From Chthoniobacteraceae bacterium (GTDB taxonomy: Bacteria; Verrucomicrobiota; Verrucomicrobiia; Chthoniobacterales; Chthoniobacteraceae), in contig JANNXQ010000090.1 in assembly GCA_031409655.1 (NCBI GenBank), positions 1 through 55,994 of the forward strand: a stretch of DNA of 55,994 bases, in the 5' to 3' direction. Of the stretch, positions 39,038 through 49,813 are shown piece by piece. The notes under the pieces were generated by a model. It did no database searches and was not told where the DNA came from. It saw only the letters and a program-made list of their open reading frames with translations. Made by a program: the position numbers and the translations under genes. Each line of letters opens with the position of its first letter. Position 1 is the stretch's first letter.

Positions 39038-39166
39038 GGCGCGGACTTTGGCAAATCGTGGGGCGGGCGGCCAGTTCCACGGATCAGCTTCTCATTCTTA
39101 CCTTGATCATTGCTTGGGCTATTGAGGATCGAGAGGAAGAGGAAGAGGTTGAAGCCGCGCTTTTGC

Positions 39167-40903
39167 TTACTTGAAAGAGATTCCCGTGCGATCCAGCACG
39201 GTGCCGGTGGAGAGCCAGTATTGCGTGATGGACGTTTGCAGTTCCGCATGTGCGGCGATTTCCCGGCTTTGCGCGGCGTAGAGCGTTTTCCGCGTCTCGA
39301 TCACGTCGAAGCTGGAGATCTGACCTTCTTCGAGGCGCCGGTTGGCGATGCGCACGGCTTCCTCGGCCAACGACCGCGACTGCCGCGCGGTCTCCACGCG
39401 CTGGCGGCTCGTCTCGATCCGGCTGATGACGGTATCGACATCGACGCTCACCGTGAGCTCAGTTTGCTTGATCTTCAGCAGCGCCTGCTCCTTGAAACCC
39501 TGAACGGCCCGGACCTGCGCGCGGCTCTGGACATTGCCGAGCGGCAGGGAAAACTGCACCCCGAAGGTCCACTGCGGCGCCTGGGTGTGGTAGGCCTCCT
39601 GGCGGGCGGAGCGGTAGTTGTCGGAGAGCCCGTTGTAGCCGTAGCTGCCGATGACATCGAGCTGCGGCCAGAGCTGATTTTTTGCAAAGCGCAGCCGGAT
39701 GTCCTGCACCTCTGCCTCGGCCACCGCGCCCCGGTAGTCGTAGCGATTCTGGTAAGCCGTGCGCATGGCCCAACTCCGGTCGATGACCGGCACGGCCAGC
39801 GCTGGGACGGGGCGTGGGATGAAAACGCGGCGATCATTTTCCCGCACTTCCTTCGAGATGAGCCGCTTGAGCCGATACTGCTGCTCCATGAAGAAAAATT
39901 TCGAACTGATGAGCGCCTCCTCGTCGATCGAGACCGCCACGCGCGCCTGCTGCACTTCGATCGGCGATATAAAGCCGAGATCCATCCGGCGTTCATTCTG
40001 CGTGACCAGCCGACGGTCTGCGGCGATGGCGTCCTCTTTCACCCGGATGTCCTGCAGTGCGTATGTCATCTGGGTAAAGGCCACCAACACTTGCTGCACG
40101 GTATCGGCGATTTGCTTCTGCCAGGCAAACTCCGCGACCTGCTGGTTTACGCGCGCCGTGCGCACATCGGCCAGATTGGCATCAAAGCCAAAGCCGCGGA
40201 GGAGCGGCTGCTGGATCTCGATGCCACCAAAGGCGCTGTACTGCGGAGTGATCGAACGGTCGTCGCCGATGAAAGTGCTGCGCAGCTTGGTCTGCTGGGC
40301 CGTGAGCGCGAGCCGCATACCCCACGGGGTGCGCGCCTGCAGACTCGTCCCGTAGCGGTCGAGATCCTGATCGAAGACGACGACCTCGCCAGAGGTCGCG
40401 GAATCCTGCGCCGGAGTGATCGGCTGCCCGGTGGCGATCTGAAAGGCGCGGGTGTTTTCTTGAATCGCGCGAATCTGCTCGAGCTGGATGATGCCGCTGG
40501 AGGAGGTGAGATTCGCCGTGTTGTCAGGCCGCTGGGTGGACTCCCGCCCCACGTTGATGGTCCAGGAGGGATCAAAGACGCCGAAGGCAAAATCCTTCCG
40601 CGCCTTCTCGATCTCCACGGCCACGCGGTCGAATTTCACCTCCAGATTATTTGCCAGCGCGGAGGCGATCGCGTCGTCCAGGGTGATGAGTTCCGGCTTC
40701 AGTCCCGGTCCGAAAAAGCCCTGATAAGCATCGGCCACCGTGCCCGAGATTTGGAGACGTTCCGGTGCTTTCTCGGCCGTCCCGATGCGGAAGACTGGCC
40801 GGTACACCACCTCCGGAGTGGCGGGTTTGCGCGGTTTCGCGCCCGCGGAAACGGAGAAGAGCGTGGCAAAAGCGAGGGCGGCGGCGAACCAGCGAGGCGG
40901 CAT
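39167..40903 (-). CDS. TolC-family outer membrane efflux protein
   Basis: Signal peptide; LDDAIASALANN, QPLLRGFG and WPQLD; coiled-coil barrel helices. Confidence 0.87.
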   Translation of the reverse strand: MPPRWFAAALAFATLFSVSAGAKPRKPATPEVVYRPVFRIGTAEKAPERLQISGTVADAYQGFFGPGLKPELITLDDAIASALANNLEVKFDRVAVEIEKARKDFAFGVFDPSWTINVGRESTQRPDNTANLTSSSGIIQLEQIRAIQENTRAFQIATGQPITPAQDSATSGEVVVFDQDLDRYGTSLQARTPWGMRLALTAQQTKLRSTFIGDDRSITPQYSAFGGIEIQQPLLRGFGFDANLADVRTARVNQQVAEFAWQKQIADTVQQVLVAFTQMTYALQDIRVKEDAIAADRRLVTQNERRMDLGFISPIEVQQARVAVSIDEEALISSKFFFMEQQYRLKRLISKEVRENDRRVFIPRPVPALAVPVIDRSWAMRTAYQNRYDYRGAVAEAEVQDIRLRFAKNQLWPQLDVIGSYGYNGLSDNYRSARQEAYHTQAPQWTFGVQFSLPLGNVQSRAQVRAVQGFKEQALLKIKQTELTVSVDVDTVISRIETSRQRVETARQSRSLAEEAVRIANRRLEEGQISSFDVIETRKTLYAAQSREIAAHAELQTSITQYWLSTGTVLDRTGISFK

Positions 40904-41080
40904 CTAGGAGGTCACGAAAGAAGTTGTTGCCCATCCTCAACGCCTTCCCCGCCATCGTCATCATCAATTTCACGCCAATCGGTCGAAGACCGCCGGGAGC
41001 TCGTCCTTTCGAGCGAAAAAAGAGTCTCGCGTGTCGCTCCGTGGCGACTTTGATGGAGGCCCACCTCCAACCGACCCACC

Positions 41081-41722
41081 ATGCGCACCCTCCTCTTCGC
41101 CGCCACTCTCACCTTCGCCCGAGTCCTGTCCGCAGCGGAGCCGGTCTCACTGACCCTGGCCGACTTTACCGACACGAACAACGCCGCGCCCTCGGGCGGT
41201 TGGTCCGCGGAAGGTGACGGCACCATCCATCTCGTGGGCAAAGGCGGTGGCAGCCTGATCTCCAAGGGCGAATACGAAAGCTTCACCCTCGCGTGGGAGT
41301 GGAAGGTGGCGCCTGGTGGGAACAACGGCATCAAGTACTGGGTGACGAAAGTCGGCGGCAAGGAATGGCTCGGGATTGAGTACCAGATGATCGACGACGA
41401 AAAGCACCCCGACGGAATCAAGGGCGGCTCGCACACCACGGGCTCGATCTACGACATCAAAGAGCCCGCGAAAGACAAAGCCGCCAAGGCCGCCGGCGAA
41501 TGGAACATGAGCAAGATCGTGGTCGAGGACGGAAAGATTCAGCACTGGCTCAATGGCCGCATCGCCGCCGAAGCCGATACGAAATCCGCCGATTGGCAGG
41601 AGCGCATTGCCACCAGCAAGTTTAAGAACAAGCAAGGCTTCGCTCCCGGCAAAGGCCGGCTGATGCTCACCGAACACGGCGACGAGACGTGGTTTCGGAA
41701 AATCCGCCTGACCGCGAAGTAA
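41081..41722 (+). CDS. DUF1080 (3-keto-disaccharide hydrolase-like) secreted protein
   Basis: EWKVAPGGNNGIKY, EYQMID, GSIYD, GEWN and HGDETWFRKI. Confidence 0.88.
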   Translation: MRTLLFAATLTFARVLSAAEPVSLTLADFTDTNNAAPSGGWSAEGDGTIHLVGKGGGSLISKGEYESFTLAWEWKVAPGGNNGIKYWVTKVGGKEWLGIEYQMIDDEKHPDGIKGGSHTTGSIYDIKEPAKDKAAKAAGEWNMSKIVVEDGKIQHWLNGRIAAEADTKSADWQERIATSKFKNKQGFAPGKGRLMLTEHGDETWFRKIRLTAK

Positions 41723-41793
41723 CCGCCAGCGCCGTGCTGAGGAAGGCGCGCGGCCGGTGCTTCTTCGCGAAGCTGGCGGCCCCGTTGCGCCCG

Positions 41794-43350
41794 TCAGGAG
41801 ACGCGTTCCAGAATCCGCTCGGTGAGGATTTCCGCCAGGCGCTTCGACATCTGGATGATCCGTGAGCAACTCTCCGCGTGCCAGACGCTGACGTTGCCGA
41901 TGATGTTTCCCGCGACGAGCGGCCCGATGACGTGGCAATCGGGACTCACTTCGTATTCCGCATTCATCCGGAAACCACGCCGGGACGCATTGGGCACACC
42001 GAGGCCGCGCCGGACGAGATTTTGGAGCAAGGGGCAGGAGGCCTTCGTGACTTCCTGAAATCCGGCGCAACTGATCACCATCGCGATCGGGCAGGAGAGA
42101 ACCTGCGCGTCGATCCCCCCGGCTTCCCGATACTCAAACGCAGCGTCACCCGCGCCGCGAGACACGCACTTGAGGAACTTACCTTTGCGCACCTCCAGCC
42201 TGCCGAGGGCAATCAACCGCTGCGCAACGTCGAGGTATTCCGGCCCCGCACGCCGCTGCAGCTTGCCGATTTCCACTCCATCCGTGGTCACAAATTTCTC
42301 GCGTTCCACTCGGTTCAACCGCCCCAGCGCGGTGATGACCCTCCGCGAGATCTCACCGTAGAGGCTGGTGATGCTGATCTTCTCCGCGGTCGCTCTCGCG
42401 ACGTCCTGCTGCACCGCGGTCCGGATGTCTGCTGAGGTGATCGCGCGCGCCTCCGTCAGGGCCGTCAGATGCGTGAGGCAGAAGGTGGGTGGCACCTCCT
42501 GCTCCTCGATGCGATGGGGAAAGGCGGCATCCGGGGAAAGCAGGATGATCTGATCGATCAGCCGCATGGCGCGCTCGGAATTGCTCAGGCTGTAGAGCGC
42601 TTCGAGGGCGCTGGCGTTGGAGCCGATGATCAGCACTTGCCGGTTCGTGGTTTGCTCCAGGCGATTGCAAATGCGCTGGATGTTCGTCTCCAGCGAAGGG
42701 TCATACATGTTGTCGATGAAAGCATCATCGGTGGCCTCGTCGGACTGAAACTGCGCGGCTCCGGAGTAAGGCGGGCTACCGACGGCCAGGATGACTTTTT
42801 CGGCCAGGATGCTCGCAGGCTCCGGCGAACCGAGAGTCAACTGGTGCCGCGCCCCCACGCGTTCGATGTCCTGCACTTCGCTGGAGGAAAATGTGAGTTC
42901 CACGAGACCCCTGGCCGTTGCGCGTTTGCCGAGGGCGGTCAGGCGTTCGTTTTGGTACAAGCCGAAGAGATAGCGCGGCAGGTAGAGGTCGTCCCAAGCC
43001 CCTGCTTTCATGGCTGCGGCGTGAGTGCGAAGCCACTGCGTCGCGAGTGGTCCGTCGGCCTCGGCGGAGTGCTGGAGCAACCGGACGTAGTTGTGGTTCA
43101 GCCACTCTTTGAAGTCCGTGCGCTCCGCCTCCATCGGTAGGAACTCGGCGAGTGAGGAGATCAGCAGCGAAGCGTGTCCCGACCGACCTCCATAAGGCAC
43201 CCCGGCCCAAAACTCGCCGGACTTTTCGACGACAAAGATGCGGATCGGCGTCGCCGGAGGACTCTCCTCAAGAAGCGCGATGAAATGCTGGAGCGTGTAG
43301 GCCGCGGAGATGCCGGCGCCAACGAAGGCGATGTCGTAGCTCGCGCGCAT
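41794..43350 (-). CDS. FAD/NAD(P)-binding protein of unknown substrate
   Basis: DIAFVGAGISA Rossmann motif, GVPYG, LYLPRYLFG, ILAVG and IIGSNASA. Confidence 0.8.
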   Translation of the reverse strand: MRASYDIAFVGAGISAAYTLQHFIALLEESPPATPIRIFVVEKSGEFWAGVPYGGRSGHASLLISSLAEFLPMEAERTDFKEWLNHNYVRLLQHSAEADGPLATQWLRTHAAAMKAGAWDDLYLPRYLFGLYQNERLTALGKRATARGLVELTFSSSEVQDIERVGARHQLTLGSPEPASILAEKVILAVGSPPYSGAAQFQSDEATDDAFIDNMYDPSLETNIQRICNRLEQTTNRQVLIIGSNASALEALYSLSNSERAMRLIDQIILLSPDAAFPHRIEEQEVPPTFCLTHLTALTEARAITSADIRTAVQQDVARATAEKISITSLYGEISRRVITALGRLNRVEREKFVTTDGVEIGKLQRRAGPEYLDVAQRLIALGRLEVRKGKFLKCVSRGAGDAAFEYREAGGIDAQVLSCPIAMVISCAGFQEVTKASCPLLQNLVRRGLGVPNASRRGFRMNAEYEVSPDCHVIGPLVAGNIIGNVSVWHAESCSRIIQMSKRLAEILTERILERVS

Positions 43351-43377
43351 CGGTGGACTAGTCCTGCGAGAAAGTGC

Positions 43378-44010
43378 TCATGGCGCCCTCGTCTTGATGA
43401 TCCGCGCCGGGTTGCCCACGACGGTCGCGTAGTCCGGCACATCGCGCAGCACCACGGCTCCCGCGCCGATCGTACACCAGCGTCCCACTTTCACCATCTG
43501 GATGACCACCGCTCCGGCACCGATGTGCGTGCCTTCACCGACTTCGACGTGACCACAAAGCGTCGCGTGCGGCGAAACATGGACGAAATCGCCGAGCACA
43601 TTGTCATGGTCGATGCTGGCCGCAGTATTGATGAGCACATGCTGCCCGATGCGGGCATCCGTCTGCAAGATCGCACCGTGCAAGACCATCGTCCCCGCGC
43701 CGATCGTCACCGTGGGCGCGATGATGGCGCTGCCGTGAATGGCCGTCCCATACGTCGCGCCGAGGGCGGCCGCCAGTTCCGCCCGGCGTCCATTGTGGCC
43801 CACCGTGATGATCATTGGCGCATCGAGTTTCGGGAAGCCGTCGCCGAGTAAGGAGAGCCCATCGCGCACCTTGACGATGCGCAGCTTGGCCTCCGCCGGA
43901 TGATCATCGAAGACCCCGACCACGCGCACGCCCCGGCTGGTCAGGATGTCCGTGACGACCTTTGCGTGGCCTCCGGCTCCATACAGGTACATGCGATCAA
44001 GCGAGGTCAT
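43378..44010 (-). CDS. NeuD/PglD-family sugar acetyltransferase (hexapeptide repeat)
   Basis: YGAGGHAKV, INTAASIDHD, HVSP, IGAGAVV repeats and VVGNPAR. Confidence 0.9.
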   Translation of the reverse strand: MTSLDRMYLYGAGGHAKVVTDILTSRGVRVVGVFDDHPAEAKLRIVKVRDGLSLLGDGFPKLDAPMIITVGHNGRRAELAAALGATYGTAIHGSAIIAPTVTIGAGTMVLHGAILQTDARIGQHVLINTAASIDHDNVLGDFVHVSPHATLCGHVEVGEGTHIGAGAVVIQMVKVGRWCTIGAGAVVLRDVPDYATVVGNPARIIKTRAP

Positions 44011-44220
44011 GCAAATTGGCGAGAGCGAAAAACAAGAGCGCGCAAGCTATTGATTTGGGGAAAATTTGTCAGGCTGGAATTCTTGTAGGACGCAGACCCA
44101 ATGCTCGTGAAATTGGGCGGAATGTCGGGGGCACAGCTTCCTCTCGACTCCAGCGTTCCCAACGCCCCATTTGAGGGGCGAGCACGACTCCTCGTTCAGT
44201 CCTCCACCTTTGTTCTCCGT

Positions 44221-45291
44221 ATGCCTGTCCATCCCTTCCGCTCCACGCTTCTGGCCGCACTCGGCCTTTTCTTCACGGCTGCGGTCGCCTTTGCTGGCCT
44301 CGCCGATGGCACGCTTGAGATCTATTGGGTCGATGTCGAAGGCGGCGGAGCCACGCTCATCGTCATGCCCACCGGCGAGTCGGTGCTCGTCGATTCCGGC
44401 AATCCCTTCGAGCGCGACCCCGGCCGCATCCATAAGGTCGCCACGGAGGTCGCGGGCTTGCAGAAGATCGATCACCTCGTGACCACGCACTTTCACGCGG
44501 ATCACTTCGGCGGCGCGGCGGAGCTCTCCGCGCTCATCCCCATCGGCACCGTGCATGACAAAGGCATTCCCGAAACGAATCCCGACAACCGCCCGAACGA
44601 CACGCGCTGGCCCAGCACCATCGCACCTTACCGGAACTTCCAAGCCGACCGTCGCCAGGTGCTGCGCGCGGGCGACCCCATCCCGCTGCGGCAGTCGGAA
44701 AAAGGGCCGCCGCTCGCGCTCCGCTGCCTGGCGGCGAATCAAGCCTTCGCCGCTGCGCTGCCGAGGGCCGCGCCCAACCCACTCGCCGCGCAGCACGTCG
44801 CGAAAGCCCCGGACCCGACCGACAACGCGAACAGCGTCGCGCTCCTCCTCAGCTTCGGGGCGTTCCGCTTCTTCGACGGCGGCGACCTCACGTGGAATGT
44901 GGAAGCGGCGCTCGTCTCCCCGGTCAATCGCATCGGCCAGGTCGATGTCTATCAGGTGAATCATCACGGCCTCGATGTGAGTAATAACCCCGTCTTCATC
45001 CACAGCCTCGCACCCACCGTCTCTGTGATGAACAACGGCCCACGCAAAGGCACCGGCGCCGCCACCATCGCCGCGCTGAAAAGTTCGCCTGGCCTGCAGG
45101 CCATGTATCAAGTCCACAAAAACGTGCGCGCTGACGCGGAGAATAACACCGCCGACCCCTTCATCGCCAACCTCGACGCAAACTGCGCCGCGCATTTCAT
45201 CAAGCTGAGCGTCGCACCGGATGGCCGGAGTTACACCGTCACGATCCCCGCCCACGGCCACGCGCAGACCTTCCAGACGAAAGCGGAGTAG
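44221..45291 (+). CDS. Secreted metallo-beta-lactamase-fold hydrolase (ComEC/Rec2-like)
   Basis: Signal peptide; [27 protein letters not shown] and NHHG. Confidence 0.88.
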   Translation: MPVHPFRSTLLAALGLFFTAAVAFAGLADGTLEIYWVDVEGGGATLIVMPTGESVLVDSGNPFERDPGRIHKVATEVAGLQKIDHLVTTHFHADHFGGAAELSALIPIGTVHDKGIPETNPDNRPNDTRWPSTIAPYRNFQADRRQVLRAGDPIPLRQSEKGPPLALRCLAANQAFAAALPRAAPNPLAAQHVAKAPDPTDNANSVALLLSFGAFRFFDGGDLTWNVEAALVSPVNRIGQVDVYQVNHHGLDVSNNPVFIHSLAPTVSVMNNGPRKGTGAATIAALKSSPGLQAMYQVHKNVRADAENNTADPFIANLDANCAAHFIKLSVAPDGRSYTVTIPAHGHAQTFQTKAE

Positions 45292-45309
45292 GCTCCCGGC
45301 ATAGACCCG

Positions 45310-48300
45310 ATGAAACCCTGCCTTCTCAGTCTGCTCCTGATCTGCACGCTCTGCCTGCGGACGCTCGCGGTGAACCTGACGGTGGACGCCGCGCAGACCT
45401 TCCAGACGATGGATGGCTTCGGGGTGAATGTGAACTCGCTGAGCTGGGACGATGGGGAGTTGCGGCCGGCGCTCGACAAGCTCGTGGACGATCTCAGCGC
45501 GACCATGTACCGGGTGATCCTCGATGAGATGGATTGGGAGGCGGTGAACGACAACGCGGATCCGAATAGCTTCAACTGGACTTACTACAACGCGATCTAC
45601 GGTGGCCCGAAGTTTCAGGAGCTTTGGAGCACGCTGCGTTACCTGAACAGCAAAGGCATCGAGAGCGGGCTGATGCTGAACTTCATGGGGAAAGGGCCGG
45701 ACTGGATTGGGCCGGCGTCCACGGTCTCGGTCTCGATGGAGGATGAGTTCGTGGAGACGATCGCTTCGGCCGTCTATTACGCGCGGAATTCGGCGGGCGT
45801 CCGCTTCACCCTACTCGCGCCGATGAATGAACCGGACTGGGATGGCATCGAGGGACCGCTGGTGGATCCGGTGCAATACACGCGCATCCTGGCCAAGCTC
45901 GCCGCGCGGCTGGAGGACATCGGGCTCGGCGACATCCGCTTCGTCGGCCCCGATGGCGCGCGCACGATCGCGGACCTTCAAAACTTTGGCGGAGCGATGC
46001 TGGGGAACTCCTCGGTGATGGCGAAGATGGCGAAGTGGGCGATCCACTCCTACGGTCCCAGCGTCAGCGGTGCGTCTGCATTCATCGCCGGCACGCCGTT
46101 TCCGAATCTCCGCTTCTGGGTCACGGAGACGGCGCGCTTCGAGGATGCGCTCGCCCAGCTTGGCGATGGCCCGAGCGCTACGCTCGTTTGGGACGGCTTC
46201 GACGCAGTGTGCAATCACGCCATCCGCGCCGGACGCGGGACCGTGCCACACAACGATCTCGGCAATGGCCCCACCCTCCTCGCCTACGACACCGGCACGC
46301 GCCTCTTCACGCCGCGCCGAGAGTTCTACGAATACGCGCAGCTCTTCAAGTTCGTCGCGCCCGGTGCGGTGCGCATCGGCGGCACGGACAATGATGGGAA
46401 CCTGACGGTGTCCGCTTTCCGCCATCCGGCGACCGGGCGGGTGACGATCATCGGGCGGAATTCCGGCAGCGGCACGATCACCGTCAATGGCACGCTCACC
46501 AATCTCCCCGCTGCGGTCTCCACCTTTGAAAGTTACCGCACGAACTTGTCTTCGAACCTGCAACGCGGGGCGGATGTCCCCGTGAGTGGCAATGCGTTTA
46601 GCCTGACCGTCGCGGGCCACACGGTCTTCACTCTCGCGACGCCAGTGCCGAAGCTCGATACGCACGAAGTGGTGGTCGATGGCACGGGTAAGTTACTCTC
46701 GTGGTTCACGCCGCAGGACCGGGCTTACGCACATGTGGCGAAGTTATCGGCGGATTTCATCAAGGCGGCGATGGTCGGGCCGATCGACGGCGCGAATGGG
46801 TTGCCGATGATTTACACGCACAGCGAATATCATCCGACCACGTTCATCGGCAGCGGCTGGCCCAATCATCCCGCCGGGCGGAACTCGATGCTCGCGGATT
46901 CGCTAATCCTTTACTACGCCTACTCCGGCGACAGCGGGGTGCTCGATGCGGTGCGTGGGCTGCTCGACTACCAGCTCAGCAGCGCAGGCACGACTCCGGC
47001 GAACTACTATTGGGCGAAGGTGCCGTGGAGCGCCTCGGCGGCCAGCAATCCACAATACGGCACGGACAGCATCTCCGAAGGCGTGGGTAACATCGAGCCG
47101 GACAAGTTCGGCGAACTCGGCTTCTTCGGTTACCTGCGCTTTTACCAGGTCACTGGCGAGACCAAGTATCGGGACGCGGCCGTGGCCTGCGCCGATGCGC
47201 TGGCGGCGCACGTCCGCCCGGGGAACACCACGCATTCACCGTGGCCCTTCCGCGCCAACGCGCAGACCGGCGCCATCGTCGAGGAGTACTGCGCGCACGT
47301 CATCGCACCGATCCGGCTTTTCGACGAACTCATCCGCCTGAACCTCGGCAACGTCGCCGCCTATCAGGCCGCACGCACGACTTCCTGGAACTGGCTGATG
47401 ACTTGCCCAATGACGAACAACTTCTGGACGAAGTATTTCGAAGACGTGGGAATCGACGGCAGTCACTCGGGCAATCTGAACCAATACAACCCCGGCCAGA
47501 CCGTCCGCTATTTCCTCGAGCGGCCCGACTTGAATCCGAACTGGCAGGCGCACTCCACAGCACTCATCGCGTGGATCGAGTCGAACTTCGGGGGTACGGA
47601 CAACGGCGAGCCTGGCCTGCAATACGGCGCGCGCGTGATCTCCGAGCAGAACGCCTACAAGTATAAGATGGCCAGCCACACGAGCCGCTTCGCCGCGATC
47701 TGCGCGATGCTCGCGGAGAAGACGGGAGACCCGACGTTGAGAGAGAAAGCCTTTCGCTCACTGAACTGGTGCAGCTACATGGCCCGCAGTTCCGGTTCGG
47801 TCATTGAGGGGCCGTTTAAGTTCATCCAAAACCAGAACAACTGGTACTCCGACGGTCACGGCGACTACATCCGGAACTTCATGCTCGCGATGGGGGCGCA
47901 GCCCGAGTGGGCGCCGGCGAATGAGAATCGACTACTGCGCTCGTCGAGCGTGGTGAAGTCGGTCGCTTACAACCCGGGGAGCATTTCCTACACGACTTAC
48001 GACGCGGCGAGCACCGAGGTCTTTCGCCTTTCCTCCACACCGCTCTCGGTCACGGCCAATGGCACTCCGCTCTCGCAGCGCGTCGATCTAACGCAGGAGG
48101 GCTGGACTTACTCGCCAGCAACGGGAGTGCTCCGCGTGCGGCACGATGCGGCAATGACGCTCGTGGTCATTCATACTTCCGTAAATGTGCGGCCCACCTG
48201 CACGCTGACGAGTCCTGCTGCCGAGGCCACGGTCGCCCCGCCGGCCAGTATCCTGCTGGTCGCGTCTGCCACGGATTCGGATGGCACCGTGGCGAAGGTC

Positions 48301-49596
48301 GAGTTCTTCAGCGGCGCCACGAAGCTCGGCGAGGACACCACTGCGCCGTATCACTTTGCCTGGAGCAATGCGCCCTTCGGGAGCTACACCCTCACCGCGG
48401 TGGCAACGGACAATCAAGACGCGCAGATCACCTCGACGTCCGTCGCGCTCACGGTAGGCGCGGCCAGCAATGTCGCGCTTGGCAGCACCTCGGAAGGAAC
48501 GACGACCGACACGCTGACCGACAATACCGGAGCTTACATCAATGCCTGCCGCTTCCAGGCGACGCAGACGATGACCATCGACAAGCTGCGCGCGAAGGTG
48601 GGAGCGATTGTGGGGAGTTACCAGTGCGCGATCTACGAGGACTTCAATGGCAGCGCGCGCAACCTTCTCCGCGACGGCGGTACCATCACGAATCCCGCCG
48701 AGGGCTGGCACGACTTCCCGCTCACGTCTCCTCTGAATGTCGCCAACGGATCCTTTTACTGGCTCGCCGTCTGGTCCGACGACGTGAATGCCCGCATCAG
48801 CGCACTCAGCTCCGGGGCTATTCGTTACGCTGCGTATCCCTTCAGCACGTGGCCGAGTCCCGTGAATCTCACGGGCAGCGGCACCTTCACTTACTCCATT
48901 TTCGCGACCGGCCCCGCAGGCACGAACGTTGCACCGACTTGCAACGCGGGCAGCACGCAGACGATCACCCTGCCCGCCACGGCAACCCTCAACGGCACCG
49001 CCAGTGATGACGCCCAGCCTTCCGCGCTGACAACGGAGTGGGTCGTCGAGAGCGGCCCCGGCGCAGTGACTTTCGGAAACGCGAACGAGGTCATCACCAC
49101 TGCGAGTTTCACCCAGCCCGGCAGCTACACCCTCCGCCTGCTCGCCACAGACGGCGCGGTGACGACCGCCAGTGATGTCGTCATCACCGCGCGCGATTCC
49201 TTCGCCGCGTGGGCCGCGCGGAACGACGTGCCAGCCTCGGCGCTCGACACGGACGGCGACGGTCTCGGCGGGCTCTTCGAGTACGGCTTCGCCACAGACC
49301 CGACGAGCCACACGCCCGCTCCGTGGTCCGCGCAACTCTCCGGTAATCGACTGCGGCTAACTTTCCCCCGCAACCCAGCGCTCACGGATGTGACTTACAC
49401 CGTGCAAGCCTCCGATGATTTTACCGCGTGGACGCCCATCGCGCGGAGCAGCAGTGGAGCGACGACCCTGAGCCTTGGCGCTTTTCAGGTCCAGGAAGGC
49501 GCTTCCGGTTCCTTGCTCTCGGTGAGCGTCACCGATTCGGCGCCGGTCGCCCCGGAAACGCGCCGCTTCCTTCGGCTGGAGGTTACTTCGCCGTAG
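45310..49596 (+). CDS. Large secreted multimodular glycoside hydrolase: GH30/clan GH-A-like domain, putative (alpha/alpha)-barrel domain, Ig/PKD domains and C-terminal domain
   Basis: QTMDGFG, MNEPD (acid/base), WVTET (nucleophile) and FVAPGAVRIG; a second helical domain; DSDGTVAKVEFF Ig; PKD-like repeat. Confidence 0.82.
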   Translation: MKPCLLSLLLICTLCLRTLAVNLTVDAAQTFQTMDGFGVNVNSLSWDDGELRPALDKLVDDLSATMYRVILDEMDWEAVNDNADPNSFNWTYYNAIYGGPKFQELWSTLRYLNSKGIESGLMLNFMGKGPDWIGPASTVSVSMEDEFVETIASAVYYARNSAGVRFTLLAPMNEPDWDGIEGPLVDPVQYTRILAKLAARLEDIGLGDIRFVGPDGARTIADLQNFGGAMLGNSSVMAKMAKWAIHSYGPSVSGASAFIAGTPFPNLRFWVTETARFEDALAQLGDGPSATLVWDGFDAVCNHAIRAGRGTVPHNDLGNGPTLLAYDTGTRLFTPRREFYEYAQLFKFVAPGAVRIGGTDNDGNLTVSAFRHPATGRVTIIGRNSGSGTITVNGTLTNLPAAVSTFESYRTNLSSNLQRGADVPVSGNAFSLTVAGHTVFTLATPVPKLDTHEVVVDGTGKLLSWFTPQDRAYAHVAKLSADFIKAAMVGPIDGANGLPMIYTHSEYHPTTFIGSGWPNHPAGRNSMLADSLILYYAYSGDSGVLDAVRGLLDYQLSSAGTTPANYYWAKVPWSASAASNPQYGTDSISEGVGNIEPDKFGELGFFGYLRFYQVTGETKYRDAAVACADALAAHVRPGNTTHSPWPFRANAQTGAIVEEYCAHVIAPIRLFDELIRLNLGNVAAYQAARTTSWNWLMTCPMTNNFWTKYFEDVGIDGSHSGNLNQYNPGQTVRYFLERPDLNPNWQAHSTALIAWIESNFGGTDNGEPGLQYGARVISEQNAYKYKMASHTSRFAAICAMLAEKTGDPTLREKAFRSLNWCSYMARSSGSVIEGPFKFIQNQNNWYSDGHGDYIRNFMLAMGAQPEWAPANENRLLRSSSVVKSVAYNPGSISYTTYDAASTEVFRLSSTPLSVTANGTPLSQRVDLTQEGWTYSPATGVLRVRHDAAMTLVVIHTSVNVRPTCTLTSPAAEATVAPPASILLVASATDSDGTVAKVEFFSGATKLGEDTTAPYHFAWSNAPFGSYTLTAVATDNQDAQITSTSVALTVGAASNVALGSTSEGTTTDTLTDNTGAYINACRFQATQTMTIDKLRAKVGAIVGSYQCAIYEDFNGSARNLLRDGGTITNPAEGWHDFPLTSPLNVANGSFYWLAVWSDDVNARISALSSGAIRYAAYPFSTWPSPVNLTGSGTFTYSIFATGPAGTNVAPTCNAGSTQTITLPATATLNGTASDDAQPSALTTEWVVESGPGAVTFGNANEVITTASFTQPGSYTLRLLATDGAVTTASDVVITARDSFAAWAARNDVPASALDTDGDGLGGLFEYGFATDPTSHTPAPWSAQLSGNRLRLTFPRNPALTDVTYTVQASDDFTAWTPIARSSSGATTLSLGAFQVQEGASGSLLSVSVTDSAPVAPETRRFLRLEVTSP

Positions 49597-49813
49597 TCGG
49601 AGTGGGTAAGTCCGGCCCGCATCAGCGTCTGGTTGAGTGTCGCGAGTGTGGTGATCCCGGTCGAGTTGGCGGGTTTTGGAAGGTGGCGTGCTCTGGGGCG
49701 ACGTGTCCCGAGCGGGCTTTCCCCCGGGAAGCGGCAAGAAGGAGAGCGGAAAGGGTGATGACTTCGTCACTCGGCAGGCGAAGATGGGAGTTTTCTGACC
49801 CAGAGTTGAAACC

